A DNA stretch of 63,224 nt, filler included, from Eremomyces bilateralis CBS 781.70 (taxonomy: Eukaryota), in NCBI GenBank assembly GCA_010015585.1. It is 7 parts of 7 records of this genome, joined end to end, with 100 filler letters (N's around TTAATTAATTAA, not from the genome) between each part and the next. Parts side by side here need not be neighbours in the genome. Positions count along the whole stretch, not along the records: positions 1 to 21,357 come from ML975154.1; 6 more parts are not named here. The stretch is one strand, 5' to 3'. The number at the start of each line of letters is the position of its first letter. The stretch's first letter is position 1. The translations under genes were made by a program, and so were the position numbers. Below are positions 1 through 12,310 of the stretch, one piece after another. The notes below the pieces were generated by a model that had not been told where the DNA came from, ran no database searches, and was given only the letters and a program-made list of their open reading frames with translations.

Positions 1-2019
1 CGTTGTTGAGTTCTTCACACAGGTATACATACGAGCAATAGCCCACTGCGCTTCTTGAGGAATGATCACCCCAGCTGGAATTGGAATCTTTTGCTGCGCT
101 CGTGGGAAGATCGATTCCACCTGTTCAAGGCACCATATAACCAATAGATGCAGCGCAATACCTGCCTTAGTCTCTCGGCCAGGTTTAGTAGACTTGAGGG
201 GGATATCAGGCATTGGTGGCAACGGGAACAATGCCATATTACACTCCTTCCCATTGCAACAGACCTTCTTGTCTGCTCGAATGGGGGTAGTATCTGGCTC
301 GCATTGGTCCTCGTTGAACTCCGTAAGGAATACCTGCCGCCTGCATGGCGCGTTTGCAAGAGAACGGATCGTCATTGGGAGGGTTGCCCTATGCTTGAGT
401 TCATCAACAGTCCATGTAGGTGGACTATCTAGCTTCCCCCTCTTCTTAGACTTTGGGACAGTTGATTGTAAGTTCTCTTGACTGGCTGCTTCGGTATTAT
501 CAGACTGTTGAGAGCAGTCAGACTCAGCTCCATCGCCTTGCGATAATGGCGATGGTGAGTGGGTGATATTAGGTAACCGAAGTATATTCCGCTTACCCTT
601 TTTCTTCTGAGACATTGGCTGATTATTACGCGAACCATGCATTAGAACAGGATCCTGTCCCATTGAGTCGAATGCATAGTGTGGCAGGAATATAAAAGCC
701 ATCCCATTGATTGCCTGCTTCACCCGAACAGCCCGACCAACCCGTTCCCAAATATCACCAAGATCATGGCCGATTGGAAGTCCCCATTGAGCAACCACCA
801 TAATATCAGGAATATCCATACCCATTCCAAGAGCAGTAGTCGCAATAACTACTCTAAGAGAAGAGCATGGGGATCTGATCTTATCGTACAGTAAGTCCTG
901 ATCGTATCGTGGGGTATTCGATGTATATGCACCAATTGCATCCCGAACCATGGTTGGTTCAAACCCTTGAACAAAGAGATACCACTCTAAGGATGTAGAG
1001 ATATTGGCAACCGATTGAAGTCCATCTACAAAGATAATCGTTTTCGGGATTCGCTGGAGGTCGTCTTCCGTCCTACTAGTTGGATGCTCCAATGCATGAT
1101 CAACTAGAAACCATAGCCGTTGGTAAGCCATGCTCTTTCCTCTCTCAATGGGCAGAATATTAAGTGAGATATCAGGTCGATCAATTGAGACTCGGATGAT
1201 CTTGAGTGGCAGTTCATGGTGTGTCTCTTCGTGGAAACCACCATGATAGATGACAGCCTGTTCTGTGGCCTTGTTCAAAGTGGCAGAACAACCAAACCAG
1301 ATGGTATCAGCACGTAAGTACCGACGTAATTCCCTGATCTTGAGATATTCCAAACGGAATTCCTTCCATTGCTCCATAACATGGAGCTCGTCAATTGCAA
1401 CCACGCCAATCTTATTCTTTACATCAGGATTTAACAGCAAATCACGAAACTCATCGCTAACTGCTTGCTCAGGACCCATCAAGATATGGGTATATAACCC
1501 AGCTGCAATCTCCTTGTACAGGTTCGGATTCGTGTGCTTGGTCTCCGCTGTAACAAGGCAAGGCCTGGCCTCTGGTAACTGTTCAATCGACCGCTTCTGC
1601 TCCTCTCCAAGCTTGCTTAAAGGAATCAACTGGATGACAATTCTTCTAATAAAGATTGGGATAGCATGGAAGATGATGCTCTTCCCAAAACCAGTCTTAG
1701 CAGAGACAATAGTATCCCCATGGCGAAAAACAATTCGTCGAAGAGCCCGAACCTGGTTGATACGTGGGAGCCGACCACCCAGGAGTCGCTGTAAACCGTG
1801 GAAGATAAGATCATGCTGGTATGTGGCATTCTTTCGTATCAGACAGGCCTTGACTAACTCTTGCAGTACCGAACATAACTCTTTCTCTGGCGTCGTTGCA
1901 ATGGTGGATATCCGTTCTTCAATCGTTTTCTGGATAGAAGCTGATTGTAAAGAGGCCGGATTCTGGTATGAGGGGATTTCATGCTGATGGGCGCGGCCTC
2001 GCCGCCGCTTCACTCGCAT
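1..2019 (-). CDS. RecQ-family SF2 helicase, intronless, 3' end beyond window; possibly transposon-encoded (AcademH-like) or telomere-linked-helicase type
   Basis: Manual translation from ATG 2019 stays open to position 1 (about 670 aa; absent from the ORF track). Motifs: SAKTGFGKS (I), IQLIPLSKLGEEQ (Ia), VAIDELH (II), GCSAT (III), SIDRPDI, KTIIFVD (IV), VIATTALGMGMDIPDI (V), ERVGRAVR (VI), then CRRQVFL...CCNGKEC (RQC-like Zn site). Confidence 0.88.
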   Translation of the reverse strand, partial: MRVKRRRGRAHQHEIPSYQNPASLQSASIQKTIEERISTIATTPEKELCSVLQELVKACLIRKNATYQHDLIFHGLQRLLGGRLPRINQVRALRRIVFRHGDTIVSAKTGFGKSIIFHAIPIFIRRIVIQLIPLSKLGEEQKRSIEQLPEARPCLVTAETKHTNPNLYKEIAAGLYTHILMGPEQAVSDEFRDLLLNPDVKNKIGVVAIDELHVMEQWKEFRLEYLKIRELRRYLRADTIWFGCSATLNKATEQAVIYHGGFHEETHHELPLKIIRVSIDRPDISLNILPIERGKSMAYQRLWFLVDHALEHPTSRTEDDLQRIPKTIIFVDGLQSVANISTSLEWYLFVQGFEPTMVRDAIGAYTSNTPRYDQDLLYDKIRSPCSSLRVVIATTALGMGMDIPDIMVVAQWGLPIGHDLGDIWERVGRAVRVKQAINGMAFIFLPHYAFDSMGQDPVLMHGSRNNQPMSQKKKGKRNILRLPNITHSPSPLSQGDGAESDCSQQSDNTEAASQENLQSTVPKSKKRGKLDSPPTWTVDELKHRATLPMTIRSLANAPCRRQVFLTEFNEDQCEPDTTPIRADKKVCCNGKECNMALFPLPPMPDIPLKSTKPGRETKAGIALHLLVIWCLEQVESIFPRAQQKIPIPAGVIIPQEAQWAIARMYTCVKNSTT

Positions 2020-2899
2020 GGAGGGTGACCTGGAGATTGATCCCGTCAAGTGATGACGCAACAAGCAGTTTTAAAACTCTAGTTACAGAATGTACAGTTA
2101 GCAGTTTGATATTTAAAAGCCATAGGACGGTTTAACAAACCCTTATCTATATTTCATCAACTTTTGGAGCCCACTCAACTTCTCCATATGATGTTATTCG
2201 AATATCTCGTCAATTCTAGCAATTCTCATCACGTCGACTCCACAGGAAATTCGCAACAGTTTCTCAGACGTTACACAAGACAGTTGCACTCACGTGACTA
2301 GTTTTAACGCTAAACATGGGTTTAATCTGGTTACGGTTTAGCTTAACCAGGGTCATGGCTTGAGTAACGTCTGAGCCCAAGCTGAGATAACTTCTACTCA
2401 ACCAAAGTAAAGCTCGACCTTCTGACAGAAAGCCATTAGGGACGACAGATGAGTCGATCTGCGTTGTGCCGCGACCTTGCTCTAAATTGGCACGTTTCGG
2501 AGAGCCGGATCCCATGTTGACAGCCTATTGCCGCATGGTGGTGCGAGTACCCAATTCTCCGCATATCAAAGTCGAAGGACTAGCAAAGGAGTACTCTACT
2601 GAAGGACTTCAAAAAGAAAAGGCAGGCGAATGTATTGCCAGCTCTGACTGAATGTAACTATATGCGTAAAACCAACCCTCTCAAAAAGCCTGAGGTGCAA
2701 ACCTCAAGTATCCGAAGTGATTCATACTTTCATAGCGGTTCGATAGCATATTTGATCGACTTGACATAGCGTGGACTGCAGGTCCCTCAGCAGATGCCAG
2801 ATCCAAGGACGCCGCAGGCACATTTATAGGATAAGGAGCGAATCCCGATCCTTCTAGCTTCCTCTTCTCTTCAAGAATTAGTTCTACAATCGAGTAACT

Positions 2900-3350
2900 A
2901 GTCATTTGGCCTTACCCCTCTCATCCATAGTGATCCTTATAACTTGATTCTTTCCAGATCCTGTCACAAACCAGCCCTTGCCATTGTCTTTGTCGCTATT
3001 TATTCCAATCCTTCTGGTCGAATACTTGCCTTTCAACTAGTATAGTATATCTTAAACCTTATTCGCTACCACTATAAAAAGCTTATCATACAGCCCAGCC
3101 AGCCAAATAGAGATCACTAGCATAATTTCACGACCTAGCCCTTCGATTTTAGGAATATCCTATATCCATGGCGACACGATGTCTGCAGCATCTATACACG
3201 ACTCCAAACCTACCCTATAGATATGGATTCAGAGGTCTACATCGGCATACCACTTGCTAAGTTCGACCGAATCGTGAACTGTAGCGAGGGACACCTCTTC
3301 ACCCGTATTCCTTGAGTAGCCGGTCAAAGTGGGGTAATAATGATTCATGG
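2900..3350 (-). pseudogene. Degenerate coding relic of unknown family
   Basis: One frame reads MNHYYPTLTGYSRNTGEEVSLATVHDSVELSKWYADVDL*... and stays protein-like through several TAG/TAA/TGA stops; no family recognised. Confidence 0.25.
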
Positions 3351-3872
3351 GTGTACTGGTACCATGGTACTGATTGCTAGATAGTGAGGTAGAGAAGGCC
3401 AAGCTTAGTATGAGGAAGGCTTTGTAAACAATGCTCTAAGATATGTCAAAGTAAAGAGTGCTCTATGAGGATCACTACATGTATGGACAGTCAGGGGCTA
3501 ATGCAGATGAACCATTCCATTGTAGAACTAATTCTTGAAGGAGGCAAGCAAAGATGAGGGAAACTGGCACTTATCCCATGCAACAGATCTACGAAATCAT
3601 GAAAGACGCGAACCTGAACTTGGACATGAAATGAACATGAACAAAAGTTTCATCAATTATTGTTACAAGAACCTATCCATATCTACGAGCAAGATCCTGA
3701 TCCAAAATCCCTATCATGCCATCACTAGATGAGACACAACTCCTGAAACACCAATTACCCCACAGTTGCCTCAGGACTGACCACGATGAAACGAGAACTA
3801 TGCTTTCAACCGGACCGGACGGTTGATTCCAATACAGTAACGTACTAATTGCAAGAGCACTGTGCATTGCGT

Positions 3873-5830
3873 CTAATTTTGCTGCCTCATTCTTTTTCTA
3901 TAGAAGGGAGTTGTTCCATTGGGTATGCCCTCGCAACGTCCCAATTCATTTCTAGATGCTCCGTCTGGAATTATTGAAGGATATGTTGCCCTGATCACCA
4001 AGTCAGCTCTTATATTCAATATGTCAAGGAACATCTATAGGAGACGGACCCATCACTGCCTTGGACAACACATTCATGAACTCCAGTTAGATTCAAAGGA
4101 TTGTCAACTTTGCCAGCCGCATTACCGATGTAGTCCATCGGATACTGCTTACAGGCGTTGATGTGCGATGGATGAAGCTGGGCTATATCTGGCAATTCGT
4201 CCGGTGCCTCGACAATTGTGGCGGTCATCCCCCCTTCTATATGCCACTCGATATGGCAGTGGAGCAACCACACCCCTGGCTTCAGCTCAGTTTCCTTTCC
4301 CATGGGGAATTGACGAATACATACCGGGATTGTCTGCTTTGAACCTTATCACTACATAACTTTCCGGCAATATGACAACCGTGTCTCGCTGGATAGGCGT
4401 TGCAGATATAGGTCCGAGTGTACCAGAGAAAGGGCCTGTATTCGAATCCAGTGGTCGTTCCAGAACTTGAAACGTGTGGCCGTGGAGATGCCATGGATGA
4501 GGATGATCATGATTGTTGTTGATTACCATTTGTACCACATCCCCCAATCTTATTACGATCGGGTTCGTATGACCGTATATTCTTGGGTTGCGCGTCACAT
4601 CCGAATCGAAGGAGAGGGCAGTGTAGAGGGATGGAACCTTTGGAGGAAGATACGTCTTTCCGTCCACTGTTCCTCTGTGATTTGGTTATTCATCAATTTT
4701 CGAGTCTTTGGTTCCATACAACTATACCTTATAACTGAATTTATGCCTTCCATTGAGGTTTGCAGCACTATTTGCTTGTTTGGTTTGAATGGAGCCTCTC
4801 TGCTCAAAGGAACAAGTTCCAGTTCATCGTAATATCTGAGGTCCGCTATGGACAGACCGGTAGGAGTCGGACGCGATCCGTCATATGTCAGATACGCCGT
4901 GGAGTTCCATGAGAGTCCTTCTGTAGGGCTGACGAGACTGACATCTGAGAAAGACAGGATCTCGAAGTTATAGCTTGCCACTGGTTTTGTCCGCACCAGT
5001 ACCGATATTCGCTGGCCGACAGCCAATCTGCTCAGCCTCTCCCTTGCGTGGAAATCTTCCATATAAATTCCATCTATTTCTACGACAGTGAAGGGGTGTT
5101 GATCGAACAGAATCGTGAAACTGAGGAAGTTCGCGATGTTGATTATGCGGAAGAGGTAAGTTTTGTTCGGCCGCACCTGAATGCGATCTCCTTGTCTATC
5201 ATTTATTAGAGCTGATGATGGGAAATGCTCATGGCCGTCATTAGCCTGGTACCTTTCGGGAGAAAGGTACTCGTTAAGCAGAGGTGGCATTCTCGGATGA
5301 TACCAATCAGAGAGGGTCATCGTGATCTCTTCGTCTACACGTCCAGCCCAAGGTGCATCTGGATCTTTCACGATCAACGCGCCGCGAAGGCCATCTGGGT
5401 ACTGACCGCCATAATGCGAGTGATACCAGAAAGTTCCTCCTTGCTCGAGCTTCTTCGGTGAGTATAGTATGCCCCCACGATATGTGCGAATACTTACAGT
5501 AAAATCGTAGGTGAAAGAAGCCCCTGTAGGTATCGGGCACTGCGTCACTCCGGCAGCTCCATCCATCTCGGGACTACCTCTCTGATGTATTCCATGCCAA
5601 TGCACTGCGGTTGACTGATTCCCAAGCTCATTATGTACTTTAATGATGAGCCTGTCACCTTTCATGACTGTGATGGTCGGCGAAGGGAATTCTCCATTGA
5701 CACCGATAACTGGGCGACTGAAGCCATCAGGAGCCGCTGTAACCCAAGAAAGTTCCCAGTCGTAGCGATGGGTTGTGGCGATAGCACCAAGGGCGCTGTG
5801 AAGGACGAGAAGCGTGAAAAATAAGAACAT
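3873..5830 (-). CDS. Secreted multicopper oxidase (Fet3/Abr1-like ferroxidase-laccase group), spliced
   Basis: Signal peptide MFLFFTLLVLHSALGA; all four Cu motifs HWHG, WYHSH, HPWHLHGH, HCHIEWH; GT-AG introns join ORFs 4595-5830, 4287-4667 and 4016-4303. The last exon to TAG 3873 is inferred (alternative stop 4016). Confidence 0.92.
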
Positions 5831-6639
5831 GACTTCTGATGTGAGTTGTTCCCCTACGGAGTTTGCCCATCGGACCCATCCCCCGATTTAAATTCATGGC
5901 GAAGACATCTATCCCGCGTGATGGGGGGCAATTCCACCATGCCAATTATGGCATTTATGTTGTGGACTGTGGACGCAAGTGAGATCGAGTAGACCATAAA
6001 TACAGACCAAAGACATTGCTCGAGCACACACTGCTAACACCCATATCTACACCACACAAATTGAACAGGTGCTTGGCCGGTGAAAGGATTATCGTGCTCA
6101 AGACCATCGCCTGACCCTCCATTCCCGGCATGCAATCGGCACACCGTGTGGCATCACAAGTATCAGTATCTCTAGATCGCCCTTGGTTCGTGTCCGAAGT
6201 TGCGTTGTCAACTCGGTATTTGGCAGAATGGCGGGTGGTGAAGGTGGGCCAGACTATGGGTGGACTGAGTTGCAATTGGGCCGCTTCTGCTGTACATAAT
6301 GGCTCCGAACATAGGTGGAGGTGGTCGCTCAGCATATATTAATAGTGATGTTTCCACTGGTGTGGTTGTGTGGATGCCAACCGTTAGGTTGACGAAGACA
6401 TGCAGGCAGCCGGCGTCTAAATTGGTCGAACGCCACAAGGTTAGTCCGGGAGCCGACTCAGTGGTTCCGTTGTAGTGCAAGCATAGTTTCAAGCTTTTCG
6501 TACCCTGTTCAAGATTCTTATGCATTCTCGTCCCCCTAATTAGAGTCACGACGTATCCAAACTATTGAGGAACATCAGCCACTGTTCGCCACTGACGACA
6601 TAGAACCGCATCTGAAACTCAATGTTCCCGAGCATTGGT

Positions 6640-8584
6640 TTAGGCGACCTCACCCTGCTTCTCGTTTGCTTCCCCGGAGGTCAGATCCCTCCCTGTTTCT
6701 GTGGCTACATGCGTGATGTGTGTCTTGTGATCCTCAACGACTAGATCGTGCGTGTGCTGGTCGACATGGATGTCCTCGGCGAAGACCACAACATCATCTG
6801 CATCGCCAAAGATCTTGGCCATCTCCTCGAGCGGGATACCCTTGGTCTCCGGAAGCACGAAGTACAACACAATCGCGCCAAGTCCAGTGATAATGATGAA
6901 TACCTGCGAAGACTTTAGTTTTACTTGGCAGCCAATAGTGCGAGAACACGAACGAGATAGAATTTCCATCCGATGTTGGCAAATGCAGTTGCAGTCGCTT
7001 GCAAATACACAAGATCCGTCAGTGCAATCGTAGCGACTGATAAGCTGAGACCTTTTCCGCGCTGGTGGTTCGGGCTGCAACAGGTCAGTCGCCGTCATGT
7101 CTTGTCTCGTCTCGACTCATAAAATACTCACAAGAGCTCGCCATAAAATACCACACCCGCAACATCGACACCAACAGAATAAACCGCGAGGAACTGGAAC
7201 CATGGTTAGCCTGATACTGTATAATTCACTATGGACGAACCAGGTAAAAAGCCGCAACACCCATACCCAGACCAGCCTTATTTGTCCCCTCCTCTGCAAA
7301 ACTGGCAACCATAGCTGCTTCGAGGATGAGACATACACAGCAACCGGCCACTGTTAGGAAGGAATGATTAGTAATAATTTAGACAGTGAATAAGTGTGCT
7401 TACCCCCAAACAGCATGAGTGGACGTCTTCCTAACTTATCCATGATTAGAGCACCAACCAAGTTAAAGATGACCCCAACTGTGATCCATCCACACTGAAA
7501 TCTCAACTGATCTTCCGTCCCAAACCCCAATTTTCCATAAAGTGAAGGTCCGTAGTTATTAATTACCAAAACCGCCGTGCTCTGCCCGATAAAAGCAAAG
7601 CCCATGGCCAGAGCAGTCCTACTCCGGGCACCCGGCTTCCTAACCATATCGAGCCAGCCCATATCCATCTTCTGGTCATGCTCGGTTTGTTTCTGCATCT
7701 GGTAAAACTCAGACCGGGCGAACACCTGATCATCATCGCCTTCGGTTGAGTGAAGCCTCAGTACGATGTCCCGTGCCTTTTCAACTTGGTTCTTCATGAG
7801 TAGATACCTTGGGCTTTCGGGAATAAACGGGAGGATAGCCAGCATCATGAAAGGCCAGACAAGAGCCATTCCGAGAGGCCCACGCCATTTTGTGGCATCG
7901 TTGTCCGCATAATAGAATGCCATGCCCATGTATGATGCGAGACCTATTCATGGAATCAGTATAATTGCTCCCTGAAGCAGATAGGTGACTCACCATATCC
8001 AAGAGCAATATTGACACCATTCATTCCCACGAAGAGGCCGCGAAGTCCAGGAGGGGCGAGTTCAGCAGAGTATACGGGGGCTGGTGATGTTAATAACCAG
8101 ACGACACGAAGTCACGGGATGGACCACTTACTAACGGCCAGGAATCCCCATGATCCCATGCCGGCGAAGAATCTCGCTACGATGAACATACTAGTAGATA
8201 TCCATTAATAGAGTACTGAGGTTAATAGAAGGACACTTACGCAGCGTTTCTCGAACCGCACAGCAAAGCACCACCAAAGATGCTGAAGAATGCACAGTAG
8301 GCCATACCCATCTTCCGTCCATATTTGTCCATCACCCAGCTTCCAATGATGATGCCGAAGAAGGCACCTGCTTGGAAGACACCGCTCATAGCGCCGATCA
8401 AGTTCGCGCTGTTTGACGTCGGCAAACCAGTCGCTGGGTCAACAAGCCCCATATAGATAAGAAACTGTGGCAATCCCAGCGTAGTTCCTATGATGGATGA
8501 TGGGTATCCGAATGCGATCTGGCCTAAGGAGACCAAAAAGCAAACGATAAAGTTGTACCAGTTGAATTGGCGTTTCCCCTCCAT
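6640..8584 (-). CDS. MFS sugar porter family transporter, multi-exon
   Basis: MEGKRQFNWYN start; MDKYGRK and MDKLGRRP loops, YSAELAPPGLRG, PESPRYL and PETKG signatures across exons. Confidence 0.93.
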
Positions 8585-11259
8585 CTTGACAGACGAGATG
8601 AAGTGAGATTCTGGAATAGTGGAATATATTATATCCAAGAGGTAACTGCAAGTGCCGAGGAGGCGTTTGGGAATAGGCAAAGGAAACCGCCAGGAATGGG
8701 CTTGGAGGGGCTGAAATTGGGATTATATGTTCCGTCGAAGAAGGCTTGCTGTTCACCCTGGGGCTTCATGGCTTGAGCTCAACGATATCTCGGTTCTCCA
8801 CTAGGTTCGTATGGAGAAGCATGTAGAGGTTGCATGGGAACGCCTCCAAGGGACTGGAACCTCCTCGTAGGCGAATGGATTAGCCGGAGGCATTGAATTA
8901 AGCCCGGAGGGAAATAGTAGTCCTCATGCCTGGGATAATCCCGCCGCTAATGGGGAGGAAGTTGTCAGGGTATCTGGGCGGGCGAGACAGTATGCTTCAC
9001 GAAATTACATTCCCGGAGGACCTGATTTTGGGTATGAAGCGATACAAACGGAAATAAAGAAAAATTGGACTAGAAAGACTGCCACTGGCAGGGAAACCGG
9101 GTCGGAACATGGAAGAAGAGAACCGAGAACCAAGAATCCAATTGACATGCTCAAAGCATATTGGATAGGTAGGCAGCCATGTCTCTATGCATATTTCCCG
9201 GACGGAAGAAACCAAACGTAAGCCAAACGTAAGGAAATATTCGGATAGTAGAGGAAGATGAAGGGAAGTTCGGCACGATTCGGGTATAGTGTCTTGAGGG
9301 TTGAAGGAGACTCTGAAACTTTAAACATGCCATAAGATGAATGAGCATAATTCCAAAGAAGTGGCTCCGCCTGGATGTGCGCATGACAGACTGTTGACTA
9401 GTCACATCGAAAAGCTGGTTAAGGTGCCTATTGCCCATCCTAACCTGTCCATTGTTCATCTCAATAATCGGCTTCATTTACCATCGTACAACCTATGAAG
9501 CTGACTGAATTGAGTGGAACAAGCTCGCCTGGTTCTGTATGATGCTAGGAGGTCTCGACCAGCCAGCTATGTATCATCTTTGACTGGGTGAACGCCCAAG
9601 CTTCCCGGACATTTCATGTATGATGCTTAACTGGCGTGGCATTGAAAGTCATCGATACGAAAATGGCCGAAAATTACCATTTGGAGGGACCGCCAGTGGT
9701 CGATTGGAGGTTTGTCATTGCAAAGCGTCGATTTTGTTAAGCTGGGAGCAGTTCTCAGACCACTGGGGCTTAGCTGCGAGAATGGCTTTTAAGAAATTCG
9801 GGGTAAATCCCAATACCCAATAGTATGATCGCGATACAGCCATTTCCCCGCATCATGTGGCATCTTGTAGTTCCGCATGCAGAATGCGTTCTCTTTGCGG
9901 GTTGGTCAAAGGTCGAACACGAACGGAAGAGATATGAGCCGAATCGCCGGTTCCTCAGCTCGCCAGCTAGGAGACTTTGCGATGTCTCGTGGCATTGAAT
10001 ATGAGCATAGTGCAAGCCTTGTGTAATGGAGCGGCACGGCATGGAACGTACTTCTAGATACGTCTCATCGGCGGGCTATTTTGATGTTTGTAAGAAGTGA
10101 AGACAGTGACATTGAAACTGAGCTTGAAGTTGCAGATTCGCACGCGAAGTTATTAGGGGCTCCACTGTCGTCAACCACCAGACCATAATAGGCATGGCAA
10201 ACACTATTTCTAGATTGAACTTATGAACATCATTTGACATATCCCATGATCAAGCACCAACTAATAATAACGAAGATTTCAAGTCATACTGAAAATCGTT
10301 AGGTCCATTACAGAGTGTCTAATGAGTAATGACCGTCGAATACCATCAGCGTCCATGGTTTGGCCTATCAAGGCCCATCCACAAGAGGGATTGATGGTCA
10401 ACAGGTATCCTCTGCAGAGATCCTCGACTCCAGGACAAATCGAAATCAGCAGGGTACGGAATTCTACTGCGAGTCCCTGGATCCAGATAGGGCGTACTGT
10501 CTCTTCTCGGCGCACGATAAGTTGCTGGAAACCTCTGTGACTTCGGAAAAATGTGACCCAGAGTATTGAGACTGACTAGTACATTAGATTTTACAGAAAG
10601 ACGAAAGTAACGAATCGACGACGGCTTCAGCAGCTTCAGAAACACCAATTTTAATTCCCATTTACGGTAGTCTGCAACTTCGTCCCTTTATCCTCACGGC
10701 ATACAGCTGAGTGTCGTCCGTGAATAGACAATGTGAAGGTAACCCTCCTAAAGGCCGTGGACAGTTTTGTATGACTTTAGCATTTCATGTTTACGAGATA
10801 TTGTAATGTCTCCAGTCTCAAGAGCAACGTCTCTCTATCGCTATTGTCCTCAGTCTTCGGATGGGATCATGCGTCAGCAACCGACATGTTGCTACTGGTT
10901 CTTGACTTCTTCACGCTCGCTTCCTTTGATGCTGTTCTTGAATCTCCCCTATTACCGAGTGCCACAACATTAGATTGATATACGCTGTTTCGAGCCAAAC
11001 GCATGAATGCGGATCAGAGCCGGTGAGGAATTTGCACACTTGTGGTACCTCTAATACACAATATACATGACCATATTATTCACCGAGTCCAATCCATTGT
11101 CCACCCTTGCGCCTCCTATGCAACCATTAACTAGCTGAGGAACCGCCAATCGAGAAAGCGGAAGATACAATCGCAGCGAAAGTAGGATGCCGCTGAACGA
11201 CCAACCCAAACCCATGGAATATACAACCACAATCCTTCTCCACGACTTATCGCGATCCG

Positions 11260-12310
11260 TTACCGTGGACCAGTAGGAAGCTCTGCATAATAACCAGGCT
11301 GTCCAGGCTGTCCAGGCTGTCCAGGCAACCCTGGTGGTGTCGGCTGCACATACCCCTGAGGCGGAGAACCAGCAGGTGCTGGCGCTGTCTTTAGTATGGG
11401 CTGACCACCGGCTTCATATATGTTTGGTTGTCCGCTGACCTCATGAACGTTCGCTGGCGCTCCTTTGGCATCATAGTAGCTGCTAGCGCCCGGAAATGGC
11501 GGCGGAGGAGAGCCTGGAGTCGAACCAACAGGAGCGGCTCCCTGGTTCCATCCTGGGGGCGGTGGAGCCATCGGTTGAGGAGGATACTGGCCCATAGGCG
11601 GCTGTCCCATGGGAACTTGGCCGTTCATGTTCGGATCGTATGTAGGGGCAGGCCCAGGCGCCGCGGCTGGAGCATTCGCGGAGTTATTCTTCTTGTTGCG
11701 CTTCAGAGCCCAAACCAACAGGACAGCGCCGATGATCCCGAGCACGACGATGGCGACGCCGATTCCGATTCCGACCTTTGCTCTCGTACTGAGTCCATCA
11801 GAGCTGGAGCCGCCACTAGTGGTTCCAGAAGAGCTGGAAAACCCTGTTGCTCTGCCGGCTCCGGTCTGAGTGGCGGTGGTTATCGATCCGGTAAGGGTTC
11901 CGGTGGGAAATAGTCCACTACCGCTAGAGCCACTGAGAGCGGCAGCTTTGCATCAGAGTCAGCATTGCCTAGAATCCAGCGACACGATGCGCTCCACATA
12001 CTACAGAAAGGGTAGAGAAAGTCGATCGTCGCGCCGATATCCGCACTATTGCACTCCATGCCAGCGCACCATCCGAGATCGTATCCAAAGTTAGAGTCAT
12101 TGCAGAGACAAATGTCGTTTCCTGAAGCACAACTGCTGTTACCCTTGGCCTCTGCCCAACATTTTTGCTACAGACTGAATTAGCGACTCTTCGAACATTT
12201 GCAGATGGAAACTCACTCACACCACATGCTGGGATTGAGGCAAGGTTCTGTCCCATTGCCATCGCCGCCAGTTGGGCGACAATGGCCGAGATAAACCACG
12301 CCCTTCGCAT
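11260..12310 (-). CDS. CFEM-domain single-pass membrane protein (signal peptide, CFEM, Ser/Thr stalk, TM helix, Pro/Gln-rich tail)
   Basis: Exon 1 MRRAWFISAIVAQLAAMAMGQNLASIPACG; exon 2 QKCWAEAKGNSSCASGNDICLCNDSNFGYDLGWCAGMECNSADIGATIDFLYPFC (8-Cys CFEM spacing overall); exon 3 S/T/G-rich, then KVGIGIGVAIVVLGIIGAVLLVWAL and a Pro-rich tail. Confidence 0.85.

Noticed and set aside
1250..1987. 245-aa plus-strand ORF
   Set aside because: Antisense shadow of the minus-strand RecQ-like helicase.
8700..11200. Short ORFs in this long intergenic region (also 12400-14200, 15500-17200, 18100-19800)
   Set aside because: No recognisable domains, splice structure or repeats.
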